From Candidatus Omnitrophota bacterium (lineage in GTDB: Bacteria > Omnitrophota > Gorgyraeia > Gygaellales > Profunditerraquicolaceae), in NCBI GenBank assembly GCA_041650835.1, contig JBAZKL010000002.1, forward strand, positions 270,477 to 334,476: a DNA stretch of 64,000 nucleotides. Reading direction: 5' to 3'. The translations under genes were made by a program, and so were the position numbers. The notes beneath the pieces were generated by a model. The model saw nothing but the letters and a program-made list of their open reading frames with translations. It was not told the DNA's origin and did not search any database. Within the stretch, counting starts at the first letter, position 1; each line of letters starts with the position of its first letter. Shown here piece by piece: positions 9,627 through 19,623 of the stretch.

Positions 9627-10223
9627 ATGTGGTATAAAATCTTTCGCACGGGATGCATTCTCTTCCTGAAGCTGTTTTTCCGGCTTAAAATAGAAGGCCG
9701 GGAGAATCTGCCCAAAAAGAGCAATTTTATCGTAGTGGCAAATCATTCCAGCTTTATGGATCCGTTTGTCGTCGCGGCGGCCATACCCGCAAAGATCTAT
9801 TGTATCGCTTCCCGCTCATTATACGCGTTCCCTCAGTTAAAATGGGCGCTGCGTAAGCTCGACTGCCTGCCGACAGGCGCATCATCCGAATGCGCCATCG
9901 ACCTTTTAGTTAAGAATAATATCGTAGGATTGTTCCCGGAAGGAGGGATAAGCAGAGACGGTAAATTACGCGATTTTAAACGGGGGGCGGCACTTTTAGC
10001 GATGAAAACCGGCCGGCCGATAGTTCCGTGCGCGATCTCAGGGACTTTCGAAGCGCTTCCCTTAAAAGCGAGATTCCCGCGCCTGGTCCCCATATCGATA
10101 ACCATATGCAAGCCCGTTTTTTTATTAAAAGAGTTCGAGGAAGTCATCGATGATACCGACCTGCAGGAAGGCGTCACGCGGATAAAAAACGCAATAAAGG
10201 AAAAGCTAAATGCAAAACAATGA
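9627..10223 (+). CDS. 1-acyl-sn-glycerol-3-phosphate acyltransferase family (PlsC/LPLAT)
   Basis: H(X)4D motif VVANHSSFMDP, motif III LFPEGGISRDG, and an N-terminal hydrophobic anchor. Confidence 0.75.
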   Translation: MWYKIFRTGCILFLKLFFRLKIEGRENLPKKSNFIVVANHSSFMDPFVVAAAIPAKIYCIASRSLYAFPQLKWALRKLDCLPTGASSECAIDLLVKNNIVGLFPEGGISRDGKLRDFKRGAALLAMKTGRPIVPCAISGTFEALPLKARFPRLVPISITICKPVFLLKEFEEVIDDTDLQEGVTRIKNAIKEKLNAKQ

Positions 10224-11805
10224 TCTCATAGAAATAAGCGTTTCAAAATTGATCCCCGCGAAAAAATGGAGGGTGATCAGGTTATTGACAAAAGTCAATG
10301 AATTCCCCAGCTACATGCCGAATGTCAAAGAAGCGACCGTACTGGAGAAAGTGCATAACACCATCAAAACCAGGTGGAAGATCCAGGTTGACAGCGTGCC
10401 CATCAGCTGGACGGAAGTCGATACGCTCAAGCTTACCCACAACGAGATCTCGTTTCATTCCACGGAAGGGGACCTTCAGGAATTTAAAGGCGCTTGGAAT
10501 TTCCAGGACGACCCGCAAGGGACGATCGTGAGCGTCAATGTTTCGCTTAAGATCGATATTCCCGCGATAAAAGAGTTCGCGGAAAGCTATATAAAAAAGC
10601 TGCTCACTAAAAACTTTGAAGCGATGTTGGAGGCGATCGAAAAGAAGATCATCTCTCTGCGCTACGATAGTTATAAACACGGCAACATTGACAAAGTCGC
10701 CGGATTTGGCATTATCGCTCATCCCTACGATTTCTCTCATTTAGAAAAATGCTTTAAGATGCTCAATCCCGGCTACAGCGTCAGCTCGCCTGAATTTGTC
10801 AGCCAGCTCTTCCATGTCAGCCCATCGTTTAAACTCTATGATATTAACGCTTTTAAATCTCAGACCGGGGAAACCGTGAACGGATCGTTCATGATCGCCA
10901 CCTTTATTCCCGATATGATGGAGAAGGACATCTGGAGCGTATTCTCAAAAGTGGTGCGTGCCTGCAAGATCGCCGAAAAACACGGCATCGGCATTGTCAC
11001 CTTAGGAGGGTTCACTTCTATCGTCGCTGAACGGATCGGGCAGGAGGTCGCCTCCGAGGTAGATATCGCGGTCACCTCGGGAAACACCTTTACGGCGGCA
11101 ATGGCTGTCGACGGGGTTAATAAAGCGGCGGATTTAGTAGGCCTTGATATCGGTAAATCCACTTTAACGATCATAGGCGGCACGGGAGATATCGGAAGCG
11201 CCTGCGCGAGGGTCTTTGCCGGTAAAGTAAAAAACCTTATCATTACCGGCAGGACAAAATCTCATTTAAGTAACCTAAGCGCTGAGCTCAAAAGAACCAA
11301 AAAAGCCCGCGTAACGGCATCACTTGACAATAAAAAAGCGGTTCAAGGAGCCGATATCATCATTGCCGTTGCCAGCGCTACAACACCCATCCTCGAGATC
11401 GATTGGTTTAAACCGGGAGCTCTCGTGTGCGATGTCGGCTATCCGAAGAATATTTCCCATGCTCCGACGCAAAGAAACGATATCTTTGTATTTTCCGGGG
11501 GATTAGCAAAAAGCCCGACTCCGGTGAGCTTTCCCATCGATTTTTCCCTCCCGTCGCCGCAGGTGATCTACGGGTGTTTCGCTGAAGGAATAATCCTAGC
11601 CCTGGAAAAACGCTTTGAGAATTACAGCTTTGGAAGAGGCAATATTACAACGGAAAAAATAGACGAGATACGCGCTTTAGGCAAAAAACACGGTTTTGTT
11701 GTCGCTGATTTTTATTGGGGCGACACCCTCATAGACGCTTCGCTTATAGAAAGGATCCAAAGCATCGTTCATGAAAATAAAACTCATCGCGCCCAAAAGG
11801 CTTGA
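10210..11805 (+). CDS. SRPBCC (START/Coq10-like lipid-binding) domain fused to an acyl-ACP reductase (AAR) domain
   Basis: N-terminal 150 aa has the SRPBCC pattern (…WKIQVDSVPISWTEVDTLK…FQEFKGAWNF). The C-terminal 340 aa aligns along its length with cyanobacterial AAR: LGGFTSIV, GGTGDIGSACARVF, VGYPKN, CFAEGIILALE, SFGRGNITTEKIDEI. Confidence 0.65.
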   Translation: MQNNDLIEISVSKLIPAKKWRVIRLLTKVNEFPSYMPNVKEATVLEKVHNTIKTRWKIQVDSVPISWTEVDTLKLTHNEISFHSTEGDLQEFKGAWNFQDDPQGTIVSVNVSLKIDIPAIKEFAESYIKKLLTKNFEAMLEAIEKKIISLRYDSYKHGNIDKVAGFGIIAHPYDFSHLEKCFKMLNPGYSVSSPEFVSQLFHVSPSFKLYDINAFKSQTGETVNGSFMIATFIPDMMEKDIWSVFSKVVRACKIAEKHGIGIVTLGGFTSIVAERIGQEVASEVDIAVTSGNTFTAAMAVDGVNKAADLVGLDIGKSTLTIIGGTGDIGSACARVFAGKVKNLIITGRTKSHLSNLSAELKRTKKARVTASLDNKKAVQGADIIIAVASATTPILEIDWFKPGALVCDVGYPKNISHAPTQRNDIFVFSGGLAKSPTPVSFPIDFSLPSPQVIYGCFAEGIILALEKRFENYSFGRGNITTEKIDEIRALGKKHGFVVADFYWGDTLIDASLIERIQSIVHENKTHRAQKA

Positions 11806-13234
11806 AACGTGGGATGAAAATTTCTGGGATTTAAGAACACTCTCTCAACTGACGCGCAAATACGCAGGAGGAGCGCCACTGGCGCTCCCCAGCTTAGCGG
11901 CACTGACTCCGAACGATGTTGAAGTAATACTTACCGATGAAAATGTTGAACCGGTCGATTTCGATGAAAAAGTCGACTTAGTAGGGATAACGGGAATGAC
12001 CTGCGTGATCCCGCGCGCCTACGCGATCGCGGATGAGTTCAGGAAAAGAAGGGTCCCGGTCATTATGGGAGGCATACACGCTTCTATGGTGCCGCAGGAA
12101 GCCGCGCAACACTGCGATTCGGTCGTTATCGGAGAAGCAGAAGATATATGGAAGCAGGTAATAGAAGATGCCCAGAAGGGCACTTTGCAAAAAACGTACC
12201 GCGCCCCCGGATTCCCCGACCTCACCCAAGCACCCGTCCCTCGCTGGGACCTCTTGAAAAACGAGCGCTATTGCTATTTCACCGTTCAAACCGGCCGCGG
12301 CTGCCCCTTTGATTGCGAGTTCTGTTCCGTGCAGAAATTCAACGGGAGGAATTACCGCTCCCGGGACATTGACCTGGTTTTAAAAGAAATATCCTTATTA
12401 AAGAGCTTTGATGAAAAAAGGTCGTTTTTCTTTGTCGACGATAATCTACTCGCGAGAAAGGATTACGCGAAAGACCTTTTCACGCGGCTCATTGAGTACC
12501 GGATAAAATGGTGGTGCCAGGCCTCAGTGGACAGCCTCAAAGACGATGAAACACTTACGTTGATGTTCAAATCAGGCTGCAGGGAAATATTCGTCGGCTT
12601 TGAATCAGTGCAGCAAAACAGTTTACGCGCGATGCACAAAACTCACATGAACAAGGCCGATGAATATAAAGACATTATTGCCAAAGCCCACGCTCATGGA
12701 TTATCGATCTTCGGATCATTCATCTTAGGAAGCGACTCTGACAATAGCGCTATTTTCCAAGAAACCCGAGATTTTATCAAAGAAACAAATATGGCTTTCG
12801 CTATGATCAACGTATTAACGCCTCCGCCCGGGACGGCGCTTTATTCGAGGCTGGAAAATGAGCAACGCCTTTTACCGTGCCCCTGGAATCAATACGACGG
12901 AGAACACGTGACCTTTACGCCTCATATCTTATCACTCCAGGAATTACGTGAAAAAAGGATCGAGCTCATAAAGGATCTTTACGCTTACAAAAATTTGTAC
13001 TCGAGGCTTTCACACCTCTGGAGCAAGGGAGTATTCTTACGGGAAAGAGGGCGCAAAGGATTATTTTCTAAAGGACGTATCTTATTTTCTCTCCTCATGA
13101 TCTTTCGCGCTTCCTGGTCCCAAACGGTCTTTACCTGGAAATGCTTATGGAGAAAAAACGCCACATCGGTCATAACAGTTTTACTTGCGATCAGTTTCCA
13201 TGATTATGCGCAGCGCCTTAAGGCAAAAAAATGA
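11771..13234 (+). CDS. B12-binding domain radical SAM protein
   Basis: N-terminal cobalamin-binding Rossmann domain (MKIKLIAP…VDLVGITGMT…MGGIHAS) followed by a radical-SAM CxxxCxxC (GCPFDCEFCS). Overlaps the upstream stop by 35 nt and the downstream start by 4 nt. Confidence 0.8.
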   Translation: MKIKLIAPKRLETWDENFWDLRTLSQLTRKYAGGAPLALPSLAALTPNDVEVILTDENVEPVDFDEKVDLVGITGMTCVIPRAYAIADEFRKRRVPVIMGGIHASMVPQEAAQHCDSVVIGEAEDIWKQVIEDAQKGTLQKTYRAPGFPDLTQAPVPRWDLLKNERYCYFTVQTGRGCPFDCEFCSVQKFNGRNYRSRDIDLVLKEISLLKSFDEKRSFFFVDDNLLARKDYAKDLFTRLIEYRIKWWCQASVDSLKDDETLTLMFKSGCREIFVGFESVQQNSLRAMHKTHMNKADEYKDIIAKAHAHGLSIFGSFILGSDSDNSAIFQETRDFIKETNMAFAMINVLTPPPGTALYSRLENEQRLLPCPWNQYDGEHVTFTPHILSLQELREKRIELIKDLYAYKNLYSRLSHLWSKGVFLRERGRKGLFSKGRILFSLLMIFRASWSQTVFTWKCLWRKNATSVITVLLAISFHDYAQRLKAKK

Positions 13235-15402
13235 ACTATACGTTTAACCTTTATTCGATACCGACATTTTTAACCGCACTTTTTCTTTTCAGCCTGGGTT
13301 TATCCGTTTTTTTACGGGATAAAAGGTCGGATATTAATTTCAGCTTTCTTTTAGTATGTTTATCCGCCACCATTTGGCAGATGGGTTATTCTTTCGTCTA
13401 TTTAAGCGCAGATCAACATACCGCGCGTATTTGGCAGAAATTCGTATATTTCGGGATCCCATTCCTATCCCCCGCGATGTACCACTTTTCAACCGCGTAC
13501 CTTAAACTGAAGCGGCAAAGGAAATATGTCATTTTATCTTATATTTTCGGCGTTTTCTTCCTTGTCATTAACCTTTTTTCGAATTTACTGGTAAGCGATG
13601 TAACGAAATATTTCTGGGGATATTATAAGAAAGCGGGGCCTTTGTACACCATTTTTCTCATTTTCTGGCTCGTCCCGGGAATTTCGACTATTTACAACTT
13701 ATACCGGGAGCGTAAAAAATTTACCAGCCCTCTTGAGCGGGAAAGAAGAAAATACATCTTTATCGCATTTTCCATCGTATTCATCGGATTCTGGGATTTC
13801 ATACCTGCCTATGGGGTTAATATTTATCCCTTTGGTTTTATCGGCGTAGTCGCATGCCTTTCCACGATAGCATACGCCATTGTGAAATACCGTCTTTTGG
13901 ATATTACCGTTGTTATCACGCGCGCGGCAGTATTTTTGGCGGTTTATTCCATAGTATTGGGGATCCCGTTTATTCTTTCCGCGGCACTCAAAGAATGGTT
14001 CATGAGGCACCTGGGCTCAAATTGGTGGATGGGGCCGTTTTCCGCCTTGGTCATCTTAGGTACCGGCGGGCCGTTTGTTTACGTTTACCTTGAAAAAAAG
14101 GCGCAATCGATACTATTACGGGAACAACGCCGTTATCAGGAAATTCTCAAGCATATAGCAGTTGATCTATCCCGGATACGCAATTTACAAAAACTGATCG
14201 ATTATATCGCTCTTACGGTAACCGATGTTGTCCGTATTTCCCACACGATCATATATGTTCATGATGCCAAAAAAGACGTTTTTCTTTTAAAAGCCGGCAC
14301 TCACTTAAAAGATTCCCAGCTGCAGGCGATCGACCGGAAGAATATCCTGATCTCCTGGCTTGAGAAAAAAAAGGAGCCGTTAGTATACGAAGAAATCAAG
14401 CACCGCGCTCATGAAACTGCCGATCCTGACTTTAAGAAGCTGGAAGATCAAATGAGAAAACTCAACGCCGCGGTTATTGTGCCCTGTTTCCTGCAGGAAA
14501 AAATAATGGACTTACTTGTCCTGGGAGAGAAAATCTCGGGAAAGATCTATAATTCAGACGATTTAACGAATTTTTCTTTTTTAGCCAGCGAAGCGGCCCT
14601 GGCAACAGAGAACGCTCAATTATACGGCAAGATCGAGGACGAAGTTAAACAGCGCACCGAAGAATTAGTCGATGTGCAGAAACAGCTTGTTCAAGCCGAA
14701 AAACTGGCTACCGTAGGCACCCTTGCCGGAGGAGTGGCCCATGAGATCAATAACCCGTTAACGGCGATATTGACTAATGTGCAAATACTCCTGATGAGCG
14801 GTGACACTCTGGATACCGATTCAAAAGAATCATTAGAGCTTATAGAAGAAGCAACGAAGCGCTGCCGAAACATTGTTCAAAAACTAATGGCATACGCGAA
14901 GAAGCCGCTGGAGGAGTCAAAGGTCGGCAGGGTATTGATATCCGACATATTAAATAAAGTGCTCGCGTTCTTAGGCTACCAGTTTGAACAAGATAACATA
15001 AAGATAGAAATAGAGGAAAGGGAAAAGAATTGTTTTGTTCTCGGCAACCAGAATGAATTAGAACAAGTACTAACGAATATCCTCATTAATGCCAAAGACG
15101 CTATCATAGGATTTAAAAAAGGCGGGACTATCGCTATTTCAGTAGCCAGAAGCGGCAAATGGATAAAAATCCAGATCAAAGACGAAGGTATCGGTATTCC
15201 CCGTGAGGTCATTCATAAAATATTTGACCCGTTCTTTACCACCAAGGATGTCGGCAAGGGATTAGGCCTCGGTTTATCGATATGCCAATCAATTATTGAA
15301 AAACACAAAGGGTTGGTCACGGTTGAGTCAGAAGTCAATAAAGGGACCATGTTCAACATTTTACTGCCGGATGCCAAAGAGATAAACGCCATTACAATCT
15401 AA
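13231..15402 (+). CDS. Sensor histidine kinase with N-terminal 7TM sensor, GAF-like, HisKA and HATPase_c domains
   Basis: Seven hydrophobic helices in the first 270 aa. Canonical H-box VAHEINNPL. HATPase N/G boxes (…NAKDAI…, GKGLGLGLS). Confidence 0.85.
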   Translation: MNYTFNLYSIPTFLTALFLFSLGLSVFLRDKRSDINFSFLLVCLSATIWQMGYSFVYLSADQHTARIWQKFVYFGIPFLSPAMYHFSTAYLKLKRQRKYVILSYIFGVFFLVINLFSNLLVSDVTKYFWGYYKKAGPLYTIFLIFWLVPGISTIYNLYRERKKFTSPLERERRKYIFIAFSIVFIGFWDFIPAYGVNIYPFGFIGVVACLSTIAYAIVKYRLLDITVVITRAAVFLAVYSIVLGIPFILSAALKEWFMRHLGSNWWMGPFSALVILGTGGPFVYVYLEKKAQSILLREQRRYQEILKHIAVDLSRIRNLQKLIDYIALTVTDVVRISHTIIYVHDAKKDVFLLKAGTHLKDSQLQAIDRKNILISWLEKKKEPLVYEEIKHRAHETADPDFKKLEDQMRKLNAAVIVPCFLQEKIMDLLVLGEKISGKIYNSDDLTNFSFLASEAALATENAQLYGKIEDEVKQRTEELVDVQKQLVQAEKLATVGTLAGGVAHEINNPLTAILTNVQILLMSGDTLDTDSKESLELIEEATKRCRNIVQKLMAYAKKPLEESKVGRVLISDILNKVLAFLGYQFEQDNIKIEIEEREKNCFVLGNQNELEQVLTNILINAKDAIIGFKKGGTIAISVARSGKWIKIQIKDEGIGIPREVIHKIFDPFFTTKDVGKGLGLGLSICQSIIEKHKGLVTVESEVNKGTMFNILLPDAKEINAITI

Positions 15403-15427
15403 AGGCAAGAAAAGGAGCGAACACGCT

Positions 15428-15802
15428 ATGAGTAAGAATATCCTGGTGATCGATGACGAAGATTTAGTGACGGAAAGCTTAAAACGCCTCCTTAAGAAGC
15501 AAGGGTATTTCGTCGCTGTTGCCGGTAATAACGCGGAAGCCATGAAAAAGATACAAGAACTCGATTTTGACCTCGTGGTATCGGATATACGGATTCCCGA
15601 AGTAAACGGGGTTGAAATTATCAAAAATATAAGGCATTATTATAAGGTATCCCAGAAAAAGCCCATACCGGAGATATTGATCACCGGATACTCCAGTGAT
15701 GAGCATTTGAAAGAGGCGCAGGCACTCAAAGTTGCCGATTATCTCTACAAGCCATTTGATATAAAAGATTTCCTGGAGATAATCAAAAAAAATCTAAAGT
15801 AA
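15428..15802 (+). CDS. Single-domain response regulator (receiver only)
   Basis: ILVIDDE…DLVVSDIRIPEVNG…K receiver motifs with no output domain. Confidence 0.8.
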   Translation: MSKNILVIDDEDLVTESLKRLLKKQGYFVAVAGNNAEAMKKIQELDFDLVVSDIRIPEVNGVEIIKNIRHYYKVSQKKPIPEILITGYSSDEHLKEAQALKVADYLYKPFDIKDFLEIIKKNLK

Positions 15803-15803
15803 T

Positions 15804-16274
15804 ATGAACCAACCGATATTTACCGCGGCCAAACAGCGCGAATTCGTCTTCGAACTCATCGTAACACAGGGGGATACGACCCCTTATGGAAGCGCTTCCT
15901 TTATTAACTATATCCGCTGGTACAATATTGCCCGGGACGCGCTCCTGGTCTGGAAAAACCTGGGGTTTGAGGACAGTTTAAAGCCGTTCATCGAAACCGA
16001 GGTTTCTTTCTGTGACGTGCAGTATAAGCGCGAAGCTGTTTTGCAGGACGAGATAGTCATTAAGGTCAACGCCGCGGATATAAAAGAAAAAGAATTTAAC
16101 CTGCTCTTCACCTTGATCCGTAAAGATAACGCGTTATTGATCAGCCTGGGGAAACAAAAGATATGCCTGCGCAACTCAAAAACAGGGGAAGTGGTCAATC
16201 TACCGGAAAATCTGGTCAAAAATATTTTGTCGCCTATTGCCGTCGATGAAAAATCACTGCTGTTCAAATATTAA
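15804..16274 (+). CDS. Hotdog-fold thioesterase-like protein (4HBT family)
   Basis: About 150 aa, secondary-structure pattern consistent with a hotdog fold. Assignment from weak family resemblance and context only. Confidence 0.4.
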   Translation: MNQPIFTAAKQREFVFELIVTQGDTTPYGSASFINYIRWYNIARDALLVWKNLGFEDSLKPFIETEVSFCDVQYKREAVLQDEIVIKVNAADIKEKEFNLLFTLIRKDNALLISLGKQKICLRNSKTGEVVNLPENLVKNILSPIAVDEKSLLFKY

Positions 16275-16281
16275 CGCTTAA

Positions 16282-16695
16282 ATGAAAACATTCAATGCGG
16301 GGTTTGATATCTATTTTGAGGACCTTTCAGCTTCAGGGAAAGTCCATTTGGAAAAGATCGGCGAATGGATGTCCATGACCCGCGAACAGTATTTTAAGTC
16401 TTCCTGCCCTGACCACCTCAAGTTCGTTGAAAGCCCCATACAGATGTTTACCATGGGATTGTCCATTACCGTAACGGGGAGCTCCCGCTGGGCGGATAGG
16501 ATCCAGGCGGTCCTTACGACCGCTAATATCAAAAAAATATCATTTGAAATGCATATAGACTTTAAAAACGAACGCACCGGCAAAGTGATCGCGAAAGGCG
16601 TGCAAAAGGTAGCCTTTGTCGATGTCGTAGCCAAGAAGTTCACTAATATTCCCGACGACATGAAACAGGTGATCATAAACTTTATTAACCCGTAA
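16282..16695 (+). CDS. Hotdog-fold thioesterase-like protein (4HBT family), second copy
   Basis: 137 aa paralog-like neighbour of the preceding gene. Weak assignment. Confidence 0.4.
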   Translation: MKTFNAGFDIYFEDLSASGKVHLEKIGEWMSMTREQYFKSSCPDHLKFVESPIQMFTMGLSITVTGSSRWADRIQAVLTTANIKKISFEMHIDFKNERTGKVIAKGVQKVAFVDVVAKKFTNIPDDMKQVIINFINP

Positions 16696-16727
16696 AAAAG
16701 GCGGCAAAGAAGTTTTACCATGGCTCT

Positions 16728-17429
16728 ATGAAAATATTAAATAATTTATACAAATACCTGGGCGATGTGTTGATCAAAACCTTCATCCTTTTCGCGGTAT
16801 TGATCATCCCCTTAACTGCGGTGGCCCTTAAATTCAAGTATGACTCTGTCGCTTACGGATGGTTTATGGTGGCTTTTATCTTTATTTTATCCATAGAAAG
16901 GACGTGGGAAACTTTCTATTCTTTTCAGGAAAAAAGAAAACATAAATTATACGGCGATTGGACGCTCGCGGTAGTATCAGTCGCTTATATACTTTTGATC
17001 TTTACGACCTTATTCGAGTTCTTTGTTTTTCCTGTCACCCTGAACATTACCCTCTCGCTCTATGGGTTATTCCTCTTTATTGCCGGGTTTTTACTGCGCT
17101 TATCGGGGATAAAAACCCTGAACCATCAATGGACAGTCCATGCAGTAGGAGCGAGCAAAATAAAAGATATTTACATTGTTAAATCGGGACCGTATAAATA
17201 TATGCGTCACCCGATCTATTTGGGCGTTATTCTCGAAGTCCTCAGTATCCCCTTGATCTGGAACGCTTACTTGGCTTTTTTTATCGCTTTAGCCTTAAAT
17301 GTGCCTTTGCAGATCATACGCGCTTATTTAGAAGAAAAAACATCGCTGCGGAGGTTCGGCGCAGATTTTACCAGGTACCTAAAAGAAACACCGGCATTCT
17401 TTCCTTATCGTATCACTAAAAGAAAATAA
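16728..17429 (+). CDS. Isoprenylcysteine carboxyl methyltransferase (ICMT)/PEMT-family membrane methyltransferase
   Basis: Multi-TM protein with the C-terminal SGPYKYMRHPIYLG…E……F core characteristic of ICMT/PEMT. Confidence 0.6.
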   Translation: MKILNNLYKYLGDVLIKTFILFAVLIIPLTAVALKFKYDSVAYGWFMVAFIFILSIERTWETFYSFQEKRKHKLYGDWTLAVVSVAYILLIFTTLFEFFVFPVTLNITLSLYGLFLFIAGFLLRLSGIKTLNHQWTVHAVGASKIKDIYIVKSGPYKYMRHPIYLGVILEVLSIPLIWNAYLAFFIALALNVPLQIIRAYLEEKTSLRRFGADFTRYLKETPAFFPYRITKRK

Positions 17430-19621
17430 TGTTCACCTCAATCAATCATTTCACCCTTTCAGCGCTCTTAACTTCAATAACTACGCTCTTCCTCGGGCTT
17501 TTTGTTCTGTTCAGGGGAGGGACGAAGCGAAAATCGTATTTCATTTTTACTCTTTACACGTTAAGCATCTCTTTATGGAGTTTTTCCGTTTCGCGCTTTG
17601 ACTCGACCCTCATTGATGACGTCCTGTTTTGGGGCCGCTTCCTCCATATGGGGGCGATCTTTATCCCTATTTTCGGACTACACTTTATACTTCACCTGCT
17701 TGAGATCAACAAACAAAATAAAGCAATTATTATAAGTTCCTACGCCGTCGGCGCGGTATTTACGTACTTTAATTTATTCACCTTGAAATTGATCAAGGGG
17801 ATCACCTATCGGTCAAATTATTCTTTTCCGACCCCCAGCACTTTATATCCGGCATTCTTTTTGTTTTTTGTTTTATGCACCGGATTCTGCTTAATGAAAT
17901 TATACTTCGGCTTTAAAGATTCAAAAAGCGAGATCGCGAATCAAAGAAAGTACCTTTTTTGGGGGTCATTGATCGGATACACCGGCGGGTTGAATAATTT
18001 CCTCATTACCGCTAATATTGAGATATTCCCGCTGCACCCATTCGGCGTTTACGCCATACTTATTTATGTCGCGATTTCCACGTACGCAATTATACGTTAC
18101 CGCCTTATGGACATATCGGTAGCCGTCACGAGAACGGGAGTATTTGTGGCAGTATACACCATAGTGCTGGGGATCCCGTTCGCGGTGGCTTATTTTTTAC
18201 GCTTGTGGCTGATCGGTATATTCGATATAAACTGGTGGGCAATACCGCTGTCGATAATGGCGGTTTTGGCTACCGTCGGACCGTTTATTTATATCTATTT
18301 TGAACGCAAGGCCGAAGACAGGCTTTTAAAAGAGCAAAAGCGCTATCAAAACACCCTGCGCCAGGCATCGATCGGCATGACGCGTATCCGCAGTTTACGC
18401 AAGTTGCTTGAGCTTATCGCGCATATAATCACGAAGACCGTGCGAATATCATTCGCCGCGGTATATCTTTTTCATGAAGCCGACGAAGAATACGTATTAC
18501 AGGTCTGCAGGGTCAAGAATAAAATGCTGGCGAGCAAACTATCGGCTCACTGCGCGTTGATCGAATGGATAAAAAACAACCAGGCCCCCTTGCTTTACGA
18601 AGAAATTAAACGCAAGATGATCGACGAAAAAAACACGGATTACCGATTGGTCGAAGAAGAGATGAGGCTCCTGGGTGCTTCGGTAATCCTTCCCAGTTTG
18701 CTGGAAAATAAGCTTTTAGGGCTATTGGTCCTGGGGAACAAACTTTCCGGCCGGATGTTCACCCCCGAAGACTTAAGCGTGTTCCAGGTCCTCGCCAGCC
18801 AGGCGGCCCTCGCCATTGAAAACGCCCAATTCTATGAAGATGCCAAAGAAATGCAGGGCCAGATCGCCCAGGCTGAAAAAATGGCTACTATCGGCACCAT
18901 GGCTGACGGATTGTCACACCAGATCAATAACCGCTTTTACGCGCTCTCCTTGATAGCGGGGGACACCATCGACACCATCAAAATGACCGACGCTTCAAAT
19001 TGTTCCACTGAGATCAAAGACATGTTAGGCCAGATCAACCACGCCCTTGAACGCATCCAATTCAATGTCCTCCAGGGAGGAGAGGTGGTCAAAGGTATCT
19101 TAAAATACACCCGTAAGGGCGATGAAGGCTTTGAAGCCCTTACCATGGACCAGGTCATTGACGGTACTTTAGCCATGGTGCAGTATAAAGTCAAATTAGC
19201 TGATTTCGACCTCATCCGGGAATACCCCTGCGACCTGGCGAAGATCAAAGGCAACCTCGTGCAACTGGAAGAAGTATTCTTCAACTTTATCGATAATGCC
19301 TATGATGCTATTGTAGAACGCAGATCAACGCTTAAAGAAGAAGGGTATCGGGGAAAAATAATCATCCGCGCCCAGGCACTGGATGCTGTTATGCGCATAG
19401 AGATACAGGATAACGGAATGGGAGTCAAAGAAGAAAACGCAAAAAAGCTCTTCACCCCTTTCTTTACCACTAAAGTATCTTCGCGCAGAGGCACAGGGCT
19501 GGGGTTATACGTCATCAACAAGATCATTACCGAAACCCATAAAGGCAAGATATTCATTGAATCACAGCATACAATCGGCACGAAATTCATCGTCGAGCTG
19601 CCTATCGCCGCACAAACGTAA
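17429..19621 (+). CDS. Sensor histidine kinase with 7TM sensor, GAF-like and atypical HisKA, plus HATPase_c
   Basis: Same architecture as 13231-15402. The H-box reads MADGLSHQINNRFYAL rather than HEINNP. ATP-lid GTGLGLYVINKI. The start overlaps the upstream stop (TAATG). Confidence 0.75.
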   Translation: MFTSINHFTLSALLTSITTLFLGLFVLFRGGTKRKSYFIFTLYTLSISLWSFSVSRFDSTLIDDVLFWGRFLHMGAIFIPIFGLHFILHLLEINKQNKAIIISSYAVGAVFTYFNLFTLKLIKGITYRSNYSFPTPSTLYPAFFLFFVLCTGFCLMKLYFGFKDSKSEIANQRKYLFWGSLIGYTGGLNNFLITANIEIFPLHPFGVYAILIYVAISTYAIIRYRLMDISVAVTRTGVFVAVYTIVLGIPFAVAYFLRLWLIGIFDINWWAIPLSIMAVLATVGPFIYIYFERKAEDRLLKEQKRYQNTLRQASIGMTRIRSLRKLLELIAHIITKTVRISFAAVYLFHEADEEYVLQVCRVKNKMLASKLSAHCALIEWIKNNQAPLLYEEIKRKMIDEKNTDYRLVEEEMRLLGASVILPSLLENKLLGLLVLGNKLSGRMFTPEDLSVFQVLASQAALAIENAQFYEDAKEMQGQIAQAEKMATIGTMADGLSHQINNRFYALSLIAGDTIDTIKMTDASNCSTEIKDMLGQINHALERIQFNVLQGGEVVKGILKYTRKGDEGFEALTMDQVIDGTLAMVQYKVKLADFDLIREYPCDLAKIKGNLVQLEEVFFNFIDNAYDAIVERRSTLKEEGYRGKIIIRAQALDAVMRIEIQDNGMGVKEENAKKLFTPFFTTKVSSRRGTGLGLYVINKIITETHKGKIFIESQHTIGTKFIVELPIAAQT

Positions 19622-19623
19622 TT

